Below, piece by piece: positions 53,241-64,000 of a stretch of 64,000 nt of DNA. Source of the DNA: Felis catus. Its lineage: Eukaryota. The translations under genes were made by a program, and so were the position numbers. The DNA is taken from assembly GCF_018350175.1 (NCBI RefSeq), contig NC_058368.1:94986001-95050000 (forward strand). The letters are read 5' to 3'. Positions within the stretch are counted from its first letter, which is position 1, and every line of letters starts with the position of its first letter. The notes beneath the pieces were generated by a model. It did not search any database and was not told the origin of the DNA. It saw only the letters and a list, made by a program, of their open reading frames with translations.

Positions 53241-56200
53241 CCTATAATGGGGCCCTGTTTGCTAACTTCTGTTATCTGCTTGACCCCTTAGTTGAGATGT
53301 TCACCCTTGGTTTATACAATTCCACAATAATTCTAGAGTGACCTTAGACATAAAATCACACAATCTATGTCTAAAAAGAAAGAAATGAATCCTTTAGACT
53401 CTGAAGGATACTGTAGGGAGAATCTGAAACCACATCCTGTAATGGTATTGTTGATTTAAAAAAAAGCATCTCTCTGTATATTTTAGTCTCAAATACTGCC
53501 TTGCAATGAAACAGTAGTAAATAAAAATGCCAGATATACTGTTCTGCCCAGGTGTATTTTCTTAAAGATGCTCTTTATGTGTAGAAAATTCTCCTAAATC
53601 TTAGAAATAAAAGCAATCCCACGTAGGGCTGCTGGATACAGTGAAAGAAGACTCATAATATAGTAAATATCGCATAATTCTCAGGCATATTTCAAGTGAG
53701 TGTTGATCTACTCAACACTATGGGAAAATAATGTAAAATGGGGATATCTTTTCATCTTTCCAAAGTGGTAAAGCCTTTGAAGTAGCCTGCCAAAGATGAT
53801 CTTTTTGAACAAAGCTATTTTACAGTAGTCCATCAATCATTTAAGATTTGTGTGCAGAAAAGTCAAACTTAGTAACTTAGATGTCTTTGAAAGTTAATTT
53901 GGCAAACAAACTGCTAACTTAACGCTTTTTAGAACACCACTTAATATTAGATACCTATGTCTCTCTTCTTCATGCCAAAAAAAGCATTAACAAGTCCCAG
54001 AGTGTTGCATTGCAACTTACAATTTCACAGACACAGCTGGGTCTTAATCATTTCTTCAGTTGAAAAGTACACATTAATTAATTTGCTTTATCTTGAAGAA
54101 GAGGGAGAGAGCTTGCGAGCAAAGCCCGAGCAATTCCGTATCTCCCATCTCTGATGTGTGGATTAAAATTAAACCTTAAATGAGGACTTGCTCACAAGGG
54201 CAATCCATTACCAAGAGACGTAAACATGTATTTATAGACAGGTTAAAAGCAATCGTCTGTTCATTCATTCACTTGCCAGTTCTTCCTATTCTGGAGAAAC
54301 TGAACCCAAAGGGAAGAAGCTCTGAGGTCCCCTTATTTGTTTCTCATGGCATCTGTTCAGTTTAACACTAAAGAGGAGAAATCAATAACAAGAGTAAGTA
54401 AGACATAAACCAGATACCAGTCAGCTGTTGCAGTTTTAGATGAGAAAGTACACGGGGAAAAGGAAGTGGCAACATGTACCCAGGGCTCAAGAGCAGTATT
54501 ATCGTAGAATACAGAAGCATATTACCTCGGAGAGTTTGCTGCACATAATGGAAGAATAATGGGAGCCTCAGAACGCTGATTCTCATTGCTTTAGAAATCT
54601 TTGGGAATAAATGTATATGTTTGCAGACTAATTTGTCTTGACATGACAGATGAGTCCCTAGCCTTCCACAATTGGCATTCCTCTTTGTACAGATGTCCTA
54701 CAAGCTAATGAGACCGAGTCCTGCTATTTTAATGTACCTCCCAATTTTCATGTTTCCCATCCTAAGAGGGCGTGGGGTAGACGCAATATGCATAGCCCCA
54801 AGAGCCAGCAGGCAGAGCAGTGCTTGCAGAAGAAACCCATTATGCACTTCCATTGACTTCTCTGAATCCTTCACACATAGCCAGGACCATGGCTGAGATG
54901 GGTTATTTACATGTCCCCAGGTTTACAGTAGGGCTGTGCGCCAGGAAAAATAGCCATTTTATGTGTCTTTCTCTCATCATATCATCAGGTTGTTAACATG
55001 TACATCATACGGGAGAAAGTGTTCAGGCAGTACCACGGGCAGTCCGCACGAACACTCCACAGTTGTCTTCAGCTGCAGTTTTGATGTATTATCCCCTTCC
55101 TACCCAACTTTGGGCTCTAACCCTTGCAGATATGTAGGCAATATATTTTCTTGTTGAAACGATTACTTTGTGGGGCGATCCCAAGTCAATCACGTTGTCA
55201 TTTCCCGTTCTGCGGAACGTGAGCTGTGTCTCCCTACTAAGACCACGGCAGTACAGAACCAAAAACCAAACAGGAGCTCGGCGCTGAGCTTAAAACTCTT
55301 AACCTCGCTGGGATACTGCAATTAAAGAGGTTGTTTAAGTAGGTTTTGAAACTTTGAAAAGCGCTACCCACAGAGAGCATATTTATAGGTGTCTGCAGAC
55401 ATTTGCCGATTTCCCTCTCTTGGACTCTGCTTACAGAGTCCAAATATGATTTAGGTTTCAGCAAATATCCAGACAATTAGATAATGGGAAGGCTTTCAAT
55501 GTGACGATTCCAAGCAGAAACATCTACTTTGAAAGTAAGCTTATTCTGTCTGAATTTTCCATCTAATTGTCTCAACTTTCCACCATTCTTAGCCTGAAAA
55601 GAAATGGCCTTTGTAAAATGTACCATTACTATGAAGTTATAATCCTAGTCTTCTCCAACCCACAGTATTTGTGGAAAACCTTAAGAGCACTCTTAATGTT
55701 AATAGGCATCTGCTCGGTGAATTTATTAGATCTATTTAGATACATCTAAAATTGATGAGCTGACTTTACTCTGAGTCACATGGGCAGGAATTGTGTTGAC
55801 TTACTACATGGTGTCAGCTCAGATACCAATTCTCTTTTACTGTAATTTTTCCCCTACGGTTTTTAAGACCAAATTGAGTAATGGATCCATGATGTGCGAC
55901 CCGTGTGGCTGAACGGTCTGTGCAGAATGCTTGATTGGCCAGGAAAGCAGCCTTCAGTATTCCAGATCGAGGGCCAAACAAAAGGGGCTCAAAGGAAACC
56001 TGTCTGAAAATCTCGTGACTGCATTTGTGTTGATACTTGGTTTTTCAAATGATCAAATATTTTCAGGAATTGGTGCTTCCATCTACCTCCCTCCCCTGTA
56101 CCCTTGTCATACAGCAGGTCACCGTGGCAGCAAAGCATGAAACAGGATGTCACTAGAATTGGGAATGATTATGAAGTCAGAGAACGAGAATTGCCACGTC

Positions 56201-57744
56201 TTACTTCTGATTCATCAGGTTGATTTCATAAGCACCGAGAGGATTGGGGAGCCATGACAGGCCTATGCAGCCAGAGTACCACTTATGCTTAACCCCTGAT
56301 ACTAGTTCCAATCCTCTGCCCAACTATTCCCCCAGTTCCTGCCCTGGAAAATTCTACTTGGGCTCACACACTGCTGGTATCTAGGACTTGGCCAAAACTT
56401 GGCTCACAGAGCAGGAAAAAAAAAACCAACTAAGTTGCCAACATTTAGAAAAGAAAAATAGCAGATTTAACGTACAACTCTGGATTTCTGGCTTCTTAAA
56501 GATAAATCTGAGATCTGACTTAGCTGGCCAACATTCCACATGGCCAATGCTCTGGAGCCAAGCAGCGGCTGCCCAAAGTACAGCGGCTAGCCCTCTCCCA
56601 TTGGAAACATTCCCACCACGTTCCGCTGTCTTAGGAAGGCTCTTCACCCGCTAACCTCGCTTCACCTGTCTGACCCTTGAAGCCTCGGCTCTGAGGGCAG
56701 CCTCCATGCCCAGGAAAGGCACATCACCTCTGCTGCACGAATTATTCTGCTTGTTTTTACCGTATCCGCAAGCAGTGGTATGCCAGTCTTAGCCAATGAA
56801 CCCAGTGGGACCCAGCGTCGGTACACGCAAATGAATGGATGGATGTATGCTGCTCGTTTCACAGACTCAAGGGGGCTGCTCCACACGCTGCCAACCCATG
56901 CACCTGCAGCACGGTGTGCCTGCCCCTGCACCTGGACTTGGCTGTACGGATACAGCTTGTATCACAGTCATCTAGAATGTTGGCATCCAGTGAATGTTTT
57001 AATAATACGCAGTAATGGTGAGAAAGATAATTTACCCGGAGACTTGCAAATGCAACATGTTCTTGATAAGAGCTCTTAAGTGTGTCCTAGAAATAAAGAG
57101 GAAATGGTGGTAGTGGCAGGGTTTCCCCCTCCCCCCGCCATGAGGCAAATCATTTACTCCCATGTTTCAGGTATTCTTTTCAAGAGCACATTTTCTACTG
57201 ACATCATAGGAAGTTTTAAAGGTAATCAATAATTCTCGCTGTCGTTAATAGAGGGAAGGGCACACTAACAGGGTGACCCTGGGCAAGTCACGTAGCCTTG
57301 CTGGCTCTGTTTCCTCACCTGTGAAAGGAAGGGATATCAAATGTAATGGCCTCTGGGACTCCGCCAGGCTCTGAGAGTGCAGGTGACTCTGCCCCAATGA
57401 AGAAGGGAGTGGGTATGTGGCAGTGATTAGGGCCGACAGTATGGAGTGACCTTGAGCCAGGATGCTCCTGTTGTGAAAAGTTCCTTGAGCTGGAGCAGAG
57501 GAATCCCAGCATGTGATGCTGCCCACTTTCAACATCAGGACAAGCAAGGCTCAAGTCCCATAAGTAGTTCTAACCTGGCCACAGGGACCATACTTATTAC
57601 CATTTAATCCCATTCAGATAGTTGGGTTTTACACTAAGGGTAACACTTCTATTTTTATTGCTCTAGCTTAAAAAAATATTTTTAAAATTGAAGTGTAAAC
57701 TGACATATTAGTTTTAGTTTAGGTCTACATCATAGTTATTTGAC

Positions 57745-57875
57745 ATATATATGATATATATAATATATATCAAATAGCTATGATATATATAATATATATC
57801 ATATATATTAAATATATAATATATTATAATATATGATATATCACATATATCATATATATTATATGTTATATGATA

Positions 57876-57925
<50 letters not shown>
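57745..57925 (+). repeat. AT-rich / (TA)n simple repeat
   Basis: Direct reading. Confidence 0.93.
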
Positions 57926-57929
<4 letters not shown>

Positions 57930-57931
<2 letters not shown>

Positions 57932-58052
57932 TTAAGTAGGCTTCGCACTCAGCGTGGAGCCCAGTGCGGGGTTTGAACTCATGACGGTGAGATCAAGATC
58001 TGAGATGAGATCAAGAGTCAGATGCTTAACTGACTGAGCCACCCAGTGCCCC
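57930..58052 (-). mobile_element. Short older Can-SINE nested in the L1
   Basis: aagtaggcttcgcactcagcgtggagccc...gactgagccacccagtgcccc. Confidence 0.88.
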
Positions 58053-58659
58053 TGATTTGATATTTTTATACATTGCAACATGATCCCCATGTTCAGAGTA
58101 GTTACCATCTGCACCATACAACATTATTGCAATATTATTGAGTATATTCCCTGTGCCCTACGTTACATACCATGACATGCTTGCTTTATAACTGGAAGTT
58201 TGAACCTCTTAATCCCCTTTGTCTGTTTCACCCGCCCCCTTACCCTTCTCTCCTTTGGTACCCACCATTTGTTTCCTGTATCTATGAGTCTGCCTCTATT
58301 TTGCTTGTTCGTTTGTTTGTGTTTTTTAGATTCCACATATGAGCGAAACATGGTGTTTGTCTTTCTCAGTCTGACTTCCTTCCCTTAGCAGAATACCCTC
58401 TACATCCATCTGTGTTGCAAATGGCAAGATTTCGTAATTTTTTGTGGCTGAGTAATATTCCACTGCACGTGTGTACACACGTACACCCCACTTCCTTATC
58501 TTTTCATCTCCTGATGGACACTTGGGTTGCTTCCGTGTCTTCACTATCGTGCTCCAGCTTCCTGATGTCATTACCTTTGTCTTTATAATGTGATTGTCTT
58601 TAAAAATCTGAATTGAAATATGTGAAAACAGGCTATTGCTCATAATGTAGGAGGGTGGA

Positions 58660-58850
58660 AAGAGCAGAGGGTCAAAACATGGGCTTTTGAATCCCACTTA
58701 CCAGCTGGGACCTTTGACAAGATAAGATGCCGAAGATCACTGGGCCTCAGTCTCCTCATCTTTGGAGTGGGTAAAAACAGTGTCTTAAGTTGGGTTGTGA
58801 GATAATGCACATAAAAAGCGGTAGCCCTCCATAAATAAATGTTTATTCTT
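58660..58850. mobile_element. MIR relic
   Basis: ttgaatcccacttaccagctgggacctttgacaag..ctgggcctcagtctcctcatct. Confidence 0.65.
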
Positions 58851-59199
58851 CTGTTGAGAGACTAAAAGATTACCTTTTAATAGCTTTTCTTGGAACTCCT
58901 TGAATTCTCAGGTGGGCCCCAGATTAGCAACTGGGGTGTTCTCCTTCTTTGGTGGGAGAGGAATCCCTCTTACCTTTCCCCTTCCCTTTTCCTCCTGCTC
59001 TCACTCCCCTCTTCCTCCTTCCTGGTCCCTGAGCTTCCTATCTCTGGAGGTGGGCATCCGGGAGAGGTGGAGAGCCTGCCTCAGAATGGCGTTAATTCAC
59101 TCTGTGTGATTTGTTAAACGTGCATCCCAGCACTCACTCGAGTGCAAAGGAAAATAACAACGTGGACAATAGGAAAGGGATGGGGTGGGAGTGGAGATC

Positions 59200-59420
59200 T
59201 ATCGAGCACTGTCTGCATGCAAGGTAACCATGCATGTTATTTTAGTTAAACATCGCAGCAACCCAGGGAGACAGACCGTATGGTCTCATGCACACAAGGA
59301 AACTGAGGCTCCGGAAGGTTAGGCGACACGGCCAGGTGGCACACCGTCACTATTTACGACACCAGCAGTAAGAACGGGAAGTGCAGACGCAAACCCAGGT
59401 CTGTGTGACGCCAACGTTGA
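59200..59420. mobile_element. MIR relic
   Basis: caaggaaactgaggctccggaaggttaggcgac...aaacccaggtctgtgtgacgcca. Confidence 0.65.
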
Positions 59421-60304
59421 TGTCCTTCCAGGACATCAACGAGAAAGGAGAACAGAAGGAAGGCTGGAAAGAGAGAGCTGCCGACATAAATAGAAACTGC
59501 ACTTAAGGTAATAGTTGAATATAGGTCGATGCATCTCTGCTCATGTGGACAGAGTGGCTGAACGTCCCTAATGGCTTCAGTAATAAAACTATAAAAGGAG
59601 CACACGAGTTGCTTCCAAACATGTCGGCATGCAAAGGCTCATTCCACTTTACAGCGCTGTGATTGCAGGCTTAACGTGACAGAAAGACGCAAATGCTTCT
59701 AAGCCACAGTTTTAGGAGAAATTGATTGTCTCGTGACAACATTGTGTTAAGTGGAACCACTTGCCAGCTTACAGCCTCCTCAGCAGCGATGTTGTAAAGC
59801 CGATACATCATAGAGAACAGTGTCTGTTATGAAGGGTAAGAACAAGGCCGCCTGTTTCAGGAGCCGATAAGATAAATAGATCTGGACACCCCTCAAGTCA
59901 GGGGAAGGAGCCTCTGCCCAGAGAGAGGCGGGAGAGCAGGTGCTGGTGCAGAAAATCCAGCTTGCTGAATGCTGGAGACTCGTCTCCCAGACACCCAACT
60001 GCTGATTATTCTCGCACCATCTCAAGAATTACAAGTGTTTAAACAGCAGGTGTCCCTCACTGGCCTGGACAGCCCTGTTTCAAGGGCTCCAGCATTAAGA
60101 GGATGCTGCTGTCCACAGGACACATGGCTGGGGCCACCAAAGAACACTTCGCAGATGGAATTAGGAGCAACGTGGCCCCGGTGATCCTGGTTGAAACCGT
60201 TCAACTCAGTCTTTAGGGACCACGTCTGGCCACCTGTTGGGTGATATTTGCATTAAGACATAAGGTTCATGCAAATGAGAAAGATAGCCCTGGCTTCTTC
60301 ATCT

Positions 60305-60519
60305 TGTTTTTTTTTTAGTTCATTTATTTAGTTTGAGAGAGAGAGAGAGAGAGCATGAGCAGGGGAGGGCAGAGAGAGAAAGGGAGAGAGAGAATGCCAA
60401 GCAGGCTCTTTACTGTCAGCCCAGAGCCCGATGTGGGGCTAGAACCCACGTGCCGCAAGATCATGACTTGAGCCGAAATCAAGAGTCGGACACTTAACCG
60501 ACAGCCACCCAGGCACCCC
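60305..60519 (-). mobile_element. Can-SINE
   Basis: Perfect TSD tagccctggcttctt. Confidence 0.94.
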
Positions 60520-61129
60520 TAGCCCTGGCTTCTTAATAAAGACTCCACTCTCTCTCTTTCTCCTCTTCTCAGCCATCAGCAGAGACATAAAAGCACCCAC
60601 TTCAAGGGAAATGTCACAGACCTAACTTCAGCACATCTTGGAGAGTGATGTTGGCATTCAGTGGAGCATAATAATAAACACTGTGTATAACAGATGTTCC
60701 ATCTTAGGTCTAAAGCCACCGTCACAAAGGAGCAGAAAAACAGCTGTGAATTCGGAAGTCTCCTTAGGAAAAAAAAATTTATTGGAAAAAATAAAGTTTG
60801 GTTGTAAACCAATTGAATCTTTTAAGGGGAGAAGGGATGTCTTAGCGTTCAGGAGGTTCTGTGTTACAACCGTTTTCTTTGTCTTTACCAACACGGCCCC
60901 CTCCTCCCCACACCCACCCTCCCCAGCCGCCCCCCTGCCGAGCCAAGGCATTCAGTGCACTTTGCTCAGATGTTTCCAATACACTCTTCTGCCTCACCAG
61001 GGCTCCGTGGGCATAGTCATGACCTTAGCAGGCCCGAGAATCCCGTAGCCAAGTGTCTTGACCTCAGAAAACTGCAACAGTCCCAGCCATGCTCATCTAT
61101 GTCACACACCAGCTTCTGGCCAACTCCCA

Positions 61130-61310
61130 CCTTTGCAGCCTTTACAGTATTGCTGAACTCCAGTATCTGCCCGGAGGCAGAAACAAATCCCCCCTTTGTT
61201 TTACCATTAAGGAAACTGAGGCCCCGAGAAGTGAGGTCACTCGCCAAGTGTGGCACAGCTCAGAAGTGGCAAAGCTGAACAGCAGTCGAGGACTCCTGAC
61301 TCCTTCCTTG
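61130..61310. mobile_element. MIR relic
   Basis: ttttaccattaaggaaactgaggccccgagaagtgaggtcactcgccaag. Confidence 0.65.
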
Positions 61311-63860
61311 AGCTCTGTCTCTACATCACAGTGCTTTCAGAAAGGAAGCCAAGACTCATTCATTTCTCCTGGGCTTCCTGCCTGATGTTCATTACTTCCA
61401 TTGCCCGATTCCCTGCTTGCTCTCAGGAGCCAGGCTCTGTGCTAGATGCTGATGAGACGGAGATGGAGAAAAAGGTCTCCTCACCCCCTAGGAACGTCCT
61501 CTTGAGTAGATGGACCCGACAGCTCCTCCCCATTGCCCTGAGCCACCCAGGCATAAACAAGTATCAATAAGGTTTCAGAAAGACAGACAAGTCCCGTGGG
61601 AGAAGAATACTGTCCAGAGGGGGAAGGTGTTGCAGAGAGAGGTATGGGGCTGGGGTGGTCACCCAGAGCCTCTGGTTGGAGAAAGACTTGGCATGTGGCA
61701 CGGTGGTTCACTGTGGACCAGAGGTGCCAGAGGAGGTGCCAGAGGGAACTGAGAGATCTCAAGGAGGACCCGGTCTGGAGAAGGGTGTGTTGAAATGAGC
61801 AAGTCCGTGCTGATTGGATTTTCAGACACCAAAACTGGACCATTTCACTCTTTGCTTAAGGAATTCCAAATATTTGTCTAAAGTAATGGATGGATATTTT
61901 GCACTTCACCCAAAGTTCGGTTTAAAGAATTTTAGCTGAGAATGAAGATTGGACCAGATTCCTTTTCCCTTCTAAGAATAGGACCCAGGAAGCGGGAGGG
62001 TGGCGGGAGGGGGGTGGGGGGGGGAGGGAGCTCTCAGTAGAAGCTCAGAATATTGCTATTAGTTCGTTCGAGGTGCGGATTATGTGAGTTCTTTTCGTAT
62101 TACTCTCCCTAGTTTTCTGTACATCGGTAATTTCATTAAAAATGAAACAGAGGGCAAAAATAACGGGCCTAAATTGGAGGCACTTTCCTGTCACCCTTAG
62201 AAAGATATCTACAGAGTGACGTTGCAGAGAGCGAACTAGAGACATGAGTGTCTGAAGTTTTCCACGAACCTTTGTCAAAATCCTGAGCTGATTTAAGCTA
62301 AAATAGAGCAATTTCTGGCCTTTGACAGGACGCGTCTCCCCAATAATTTCTCCTCTGTTTGCTCTCAGTGTAGTCAATGGAAAGCAGGCTCTCCCAGCCA
62401 CAACCCTCACCTTGCTGCTCTTCCCTGGGCCTGGGATTTGCCCCAGGCATAGCTGGCTGCTGGGATAGTGTTCTTTCCCCTTCTGGAGTGGAAGCCGGCT
62501 TCAAACATGGCTCAGAGAGAAATGGAATCCACCTGCAAGCCTCCTCCTTTGAGCTCTGAACAACAGCCCCAAATAACAACATCACCAGTCACAGATGATT
62601 GACACTTTGAGCCCTACAAATTTTTATTGCTTTTTTTTTTTTTTGGTAGAGCAGTCTCCAGATCAGGCAGCGGAAACCATTTTCTTGAACTAACCTTGTT
62701 GCATCAGGTTCTCTGGTGTTTGCTGCTAGCATGCTAGCTTTCATTCTTCCTATTCCTTGTTTCTTTCAGTGAGGTCCGATGCTCTTCCAGTAACGTGAAA
62801 GCCAAAACTAGACTTTGTAGTTGACTACAAGCTTCTCATTGTATATAGAGAAACATAATATCATTTCAGGATCTGCTCCATAATAAAGCGCGCTATTCCT
62901 GGCTGGTTCTTATCATCAGTGAAATATCTACATACACAGTGGGTTATCTGTGTGTCTACGTCTAGACATATCCAGGACAGACATGAGATGGAAGCATTAT
63001 CCCTGGAGTTTCCTCAGTTTTCTTATAGTCTTTAGGAAATTCATTTCATTTATTAAAAAGAAAAACAAATTCTCTTTATGTCCTAGGGAACCGGATGAAA
63101 ACTGCAAATTTAAAGTTAAATACATTTAAATTTATTGTTGCATTTGGTAGACATTGCTGAATTTCTGAAACGAATGATACCTTTATTGCCTTTGTTCATA
63201 TTCTTTATTAGGCTGGCTTGATTTACTTAGAACAGGTATCCGTTTGAATTGGGGTAGAGAGAGCACCACTTTCTGGCTGCTTTTCAAATCAAGCCAAAAC
63301 TGGTGATAACACTCCCTGTCATCGTTTATTTATAATGTGAAATCCTACCCTCAAAATTAATAACTATTTTCAAACATCCTGAAAATATGCTTCCTTAAGG
63401 CCAGAAAGACTAAGTTCCAGGAAATTACGGGTTTGTTTAAATTTCTCTGCCACTTAATGACTCGATTCCTTACATAGGTGACTTAAAGTTCACTGCACAG
63501 AAACAGATTTAAAAAGTCCTGTTCATTGAGATGAAGGTGGTTGGCATCTGGATGAACTATTTTCATAGCAGTAGTTGTCTTGAAAAATGCCTCACTTTTT
63601 CTTAAGTTTAAAGAAAAACAAGATTTGGTTTTCTGTTTCTTAGATCTAGATGAAGCAAGTCAGTTTTGAATTATAGGTATACACTCCCTTATTTGCGATT
63701 ACAAACGAAACCAAACCAAGAGAACAGACCCACTGGAAAACTTACAAGTTTTTCCCCATTTATTTGGTGACCAAATTTGACCCAAATTGGCATGACACCA
63801 TTTATAGTCTTTATTTATTCTTGTTAGTATGAATACTTACACATGTCGATGCAAAAAACA

Positions 63861-64000
63861 TTTTTTTTTTTTTTTTGCAGAAGGGATTTTAAAATTGAAA
63901 TGTAGTTAACATACAGTGCTGTATTAGTCTCAGGTATGTGACATGATTCAACAGTTCTAGACATTTCTCAGTGCTCACCATGATAAGCATAGTCACCACC
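63861..64000 (-). mobile_element. LINE-1 3' end (continues past the window)
   Basis: Poly-T followed by aattgaaatgtagttaacatacagtgctgtattagtctcaggt, similar to the L1 3' end at 57678. Confidence 0.75.

Larger units (their letters stand above)
57678..58551 (-). mobile_element. 5'-truncated LINE-1 (ORF2 C-terminus and 3' UTR), interrupted by a TA-rich tract and a SINE
   Basis: Minus-strand translation TIVKTRKQPKCPS..EYYSATKNYEILPFATQMDVEGILLREGSQTEKDKHHVSLICGI is a degenerate L1 ORF2 C-terminus. Confidence 0.9.

Noticed and set aside
63677..63855. Possible Tigger-like DNA transposon end
   Set aside because: The resemblance is too vague to call without a Dfam search.

Overview
Mammalian genomic DNA, almost certainly felid given the Can-SINE/SINEC_Fc-type repeats. 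The window lies entirely inside SEMA6A (semaphorin 6A) on the minus strand. I traced 17 coding exons by hand, from the ATG at 52352 down to 11293. All have GT-AG ends and join in frame to 1894 nt, covering the signal peptide, Sema domain, PSI domain and extracellular stalk. There is also a 51-nt in-frame cassette exon at 17130-17180. Exon numbers follow my recollection of the human gene. The first non-coding exon (beyond 64000) and the last exon encoding the TM and cytoplasmic tail (before position 1) were not found and appear to lie outside the window. The introns hold about 23 Can-SINEs, L1/L2/MIR/MER/MLT relics and microsatellites. Almost all ORFs in the supplied track are spurious. I found no new gene or prokaryote-style system. 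The most unusual structure is a 127-bp, ~96% identical inverted duplication, not recognisable as a known repeat, that brackets exon 10 and is extended outward by an inverted SINE pair. Other points of interest are a modular phase-1 micro-exon cluster with a candidate stop-containing exon, a strong SINE orientation bias and an intronic (CUG)12 tract. Repeat boundaries and subfamily names are approximate and made by eye.
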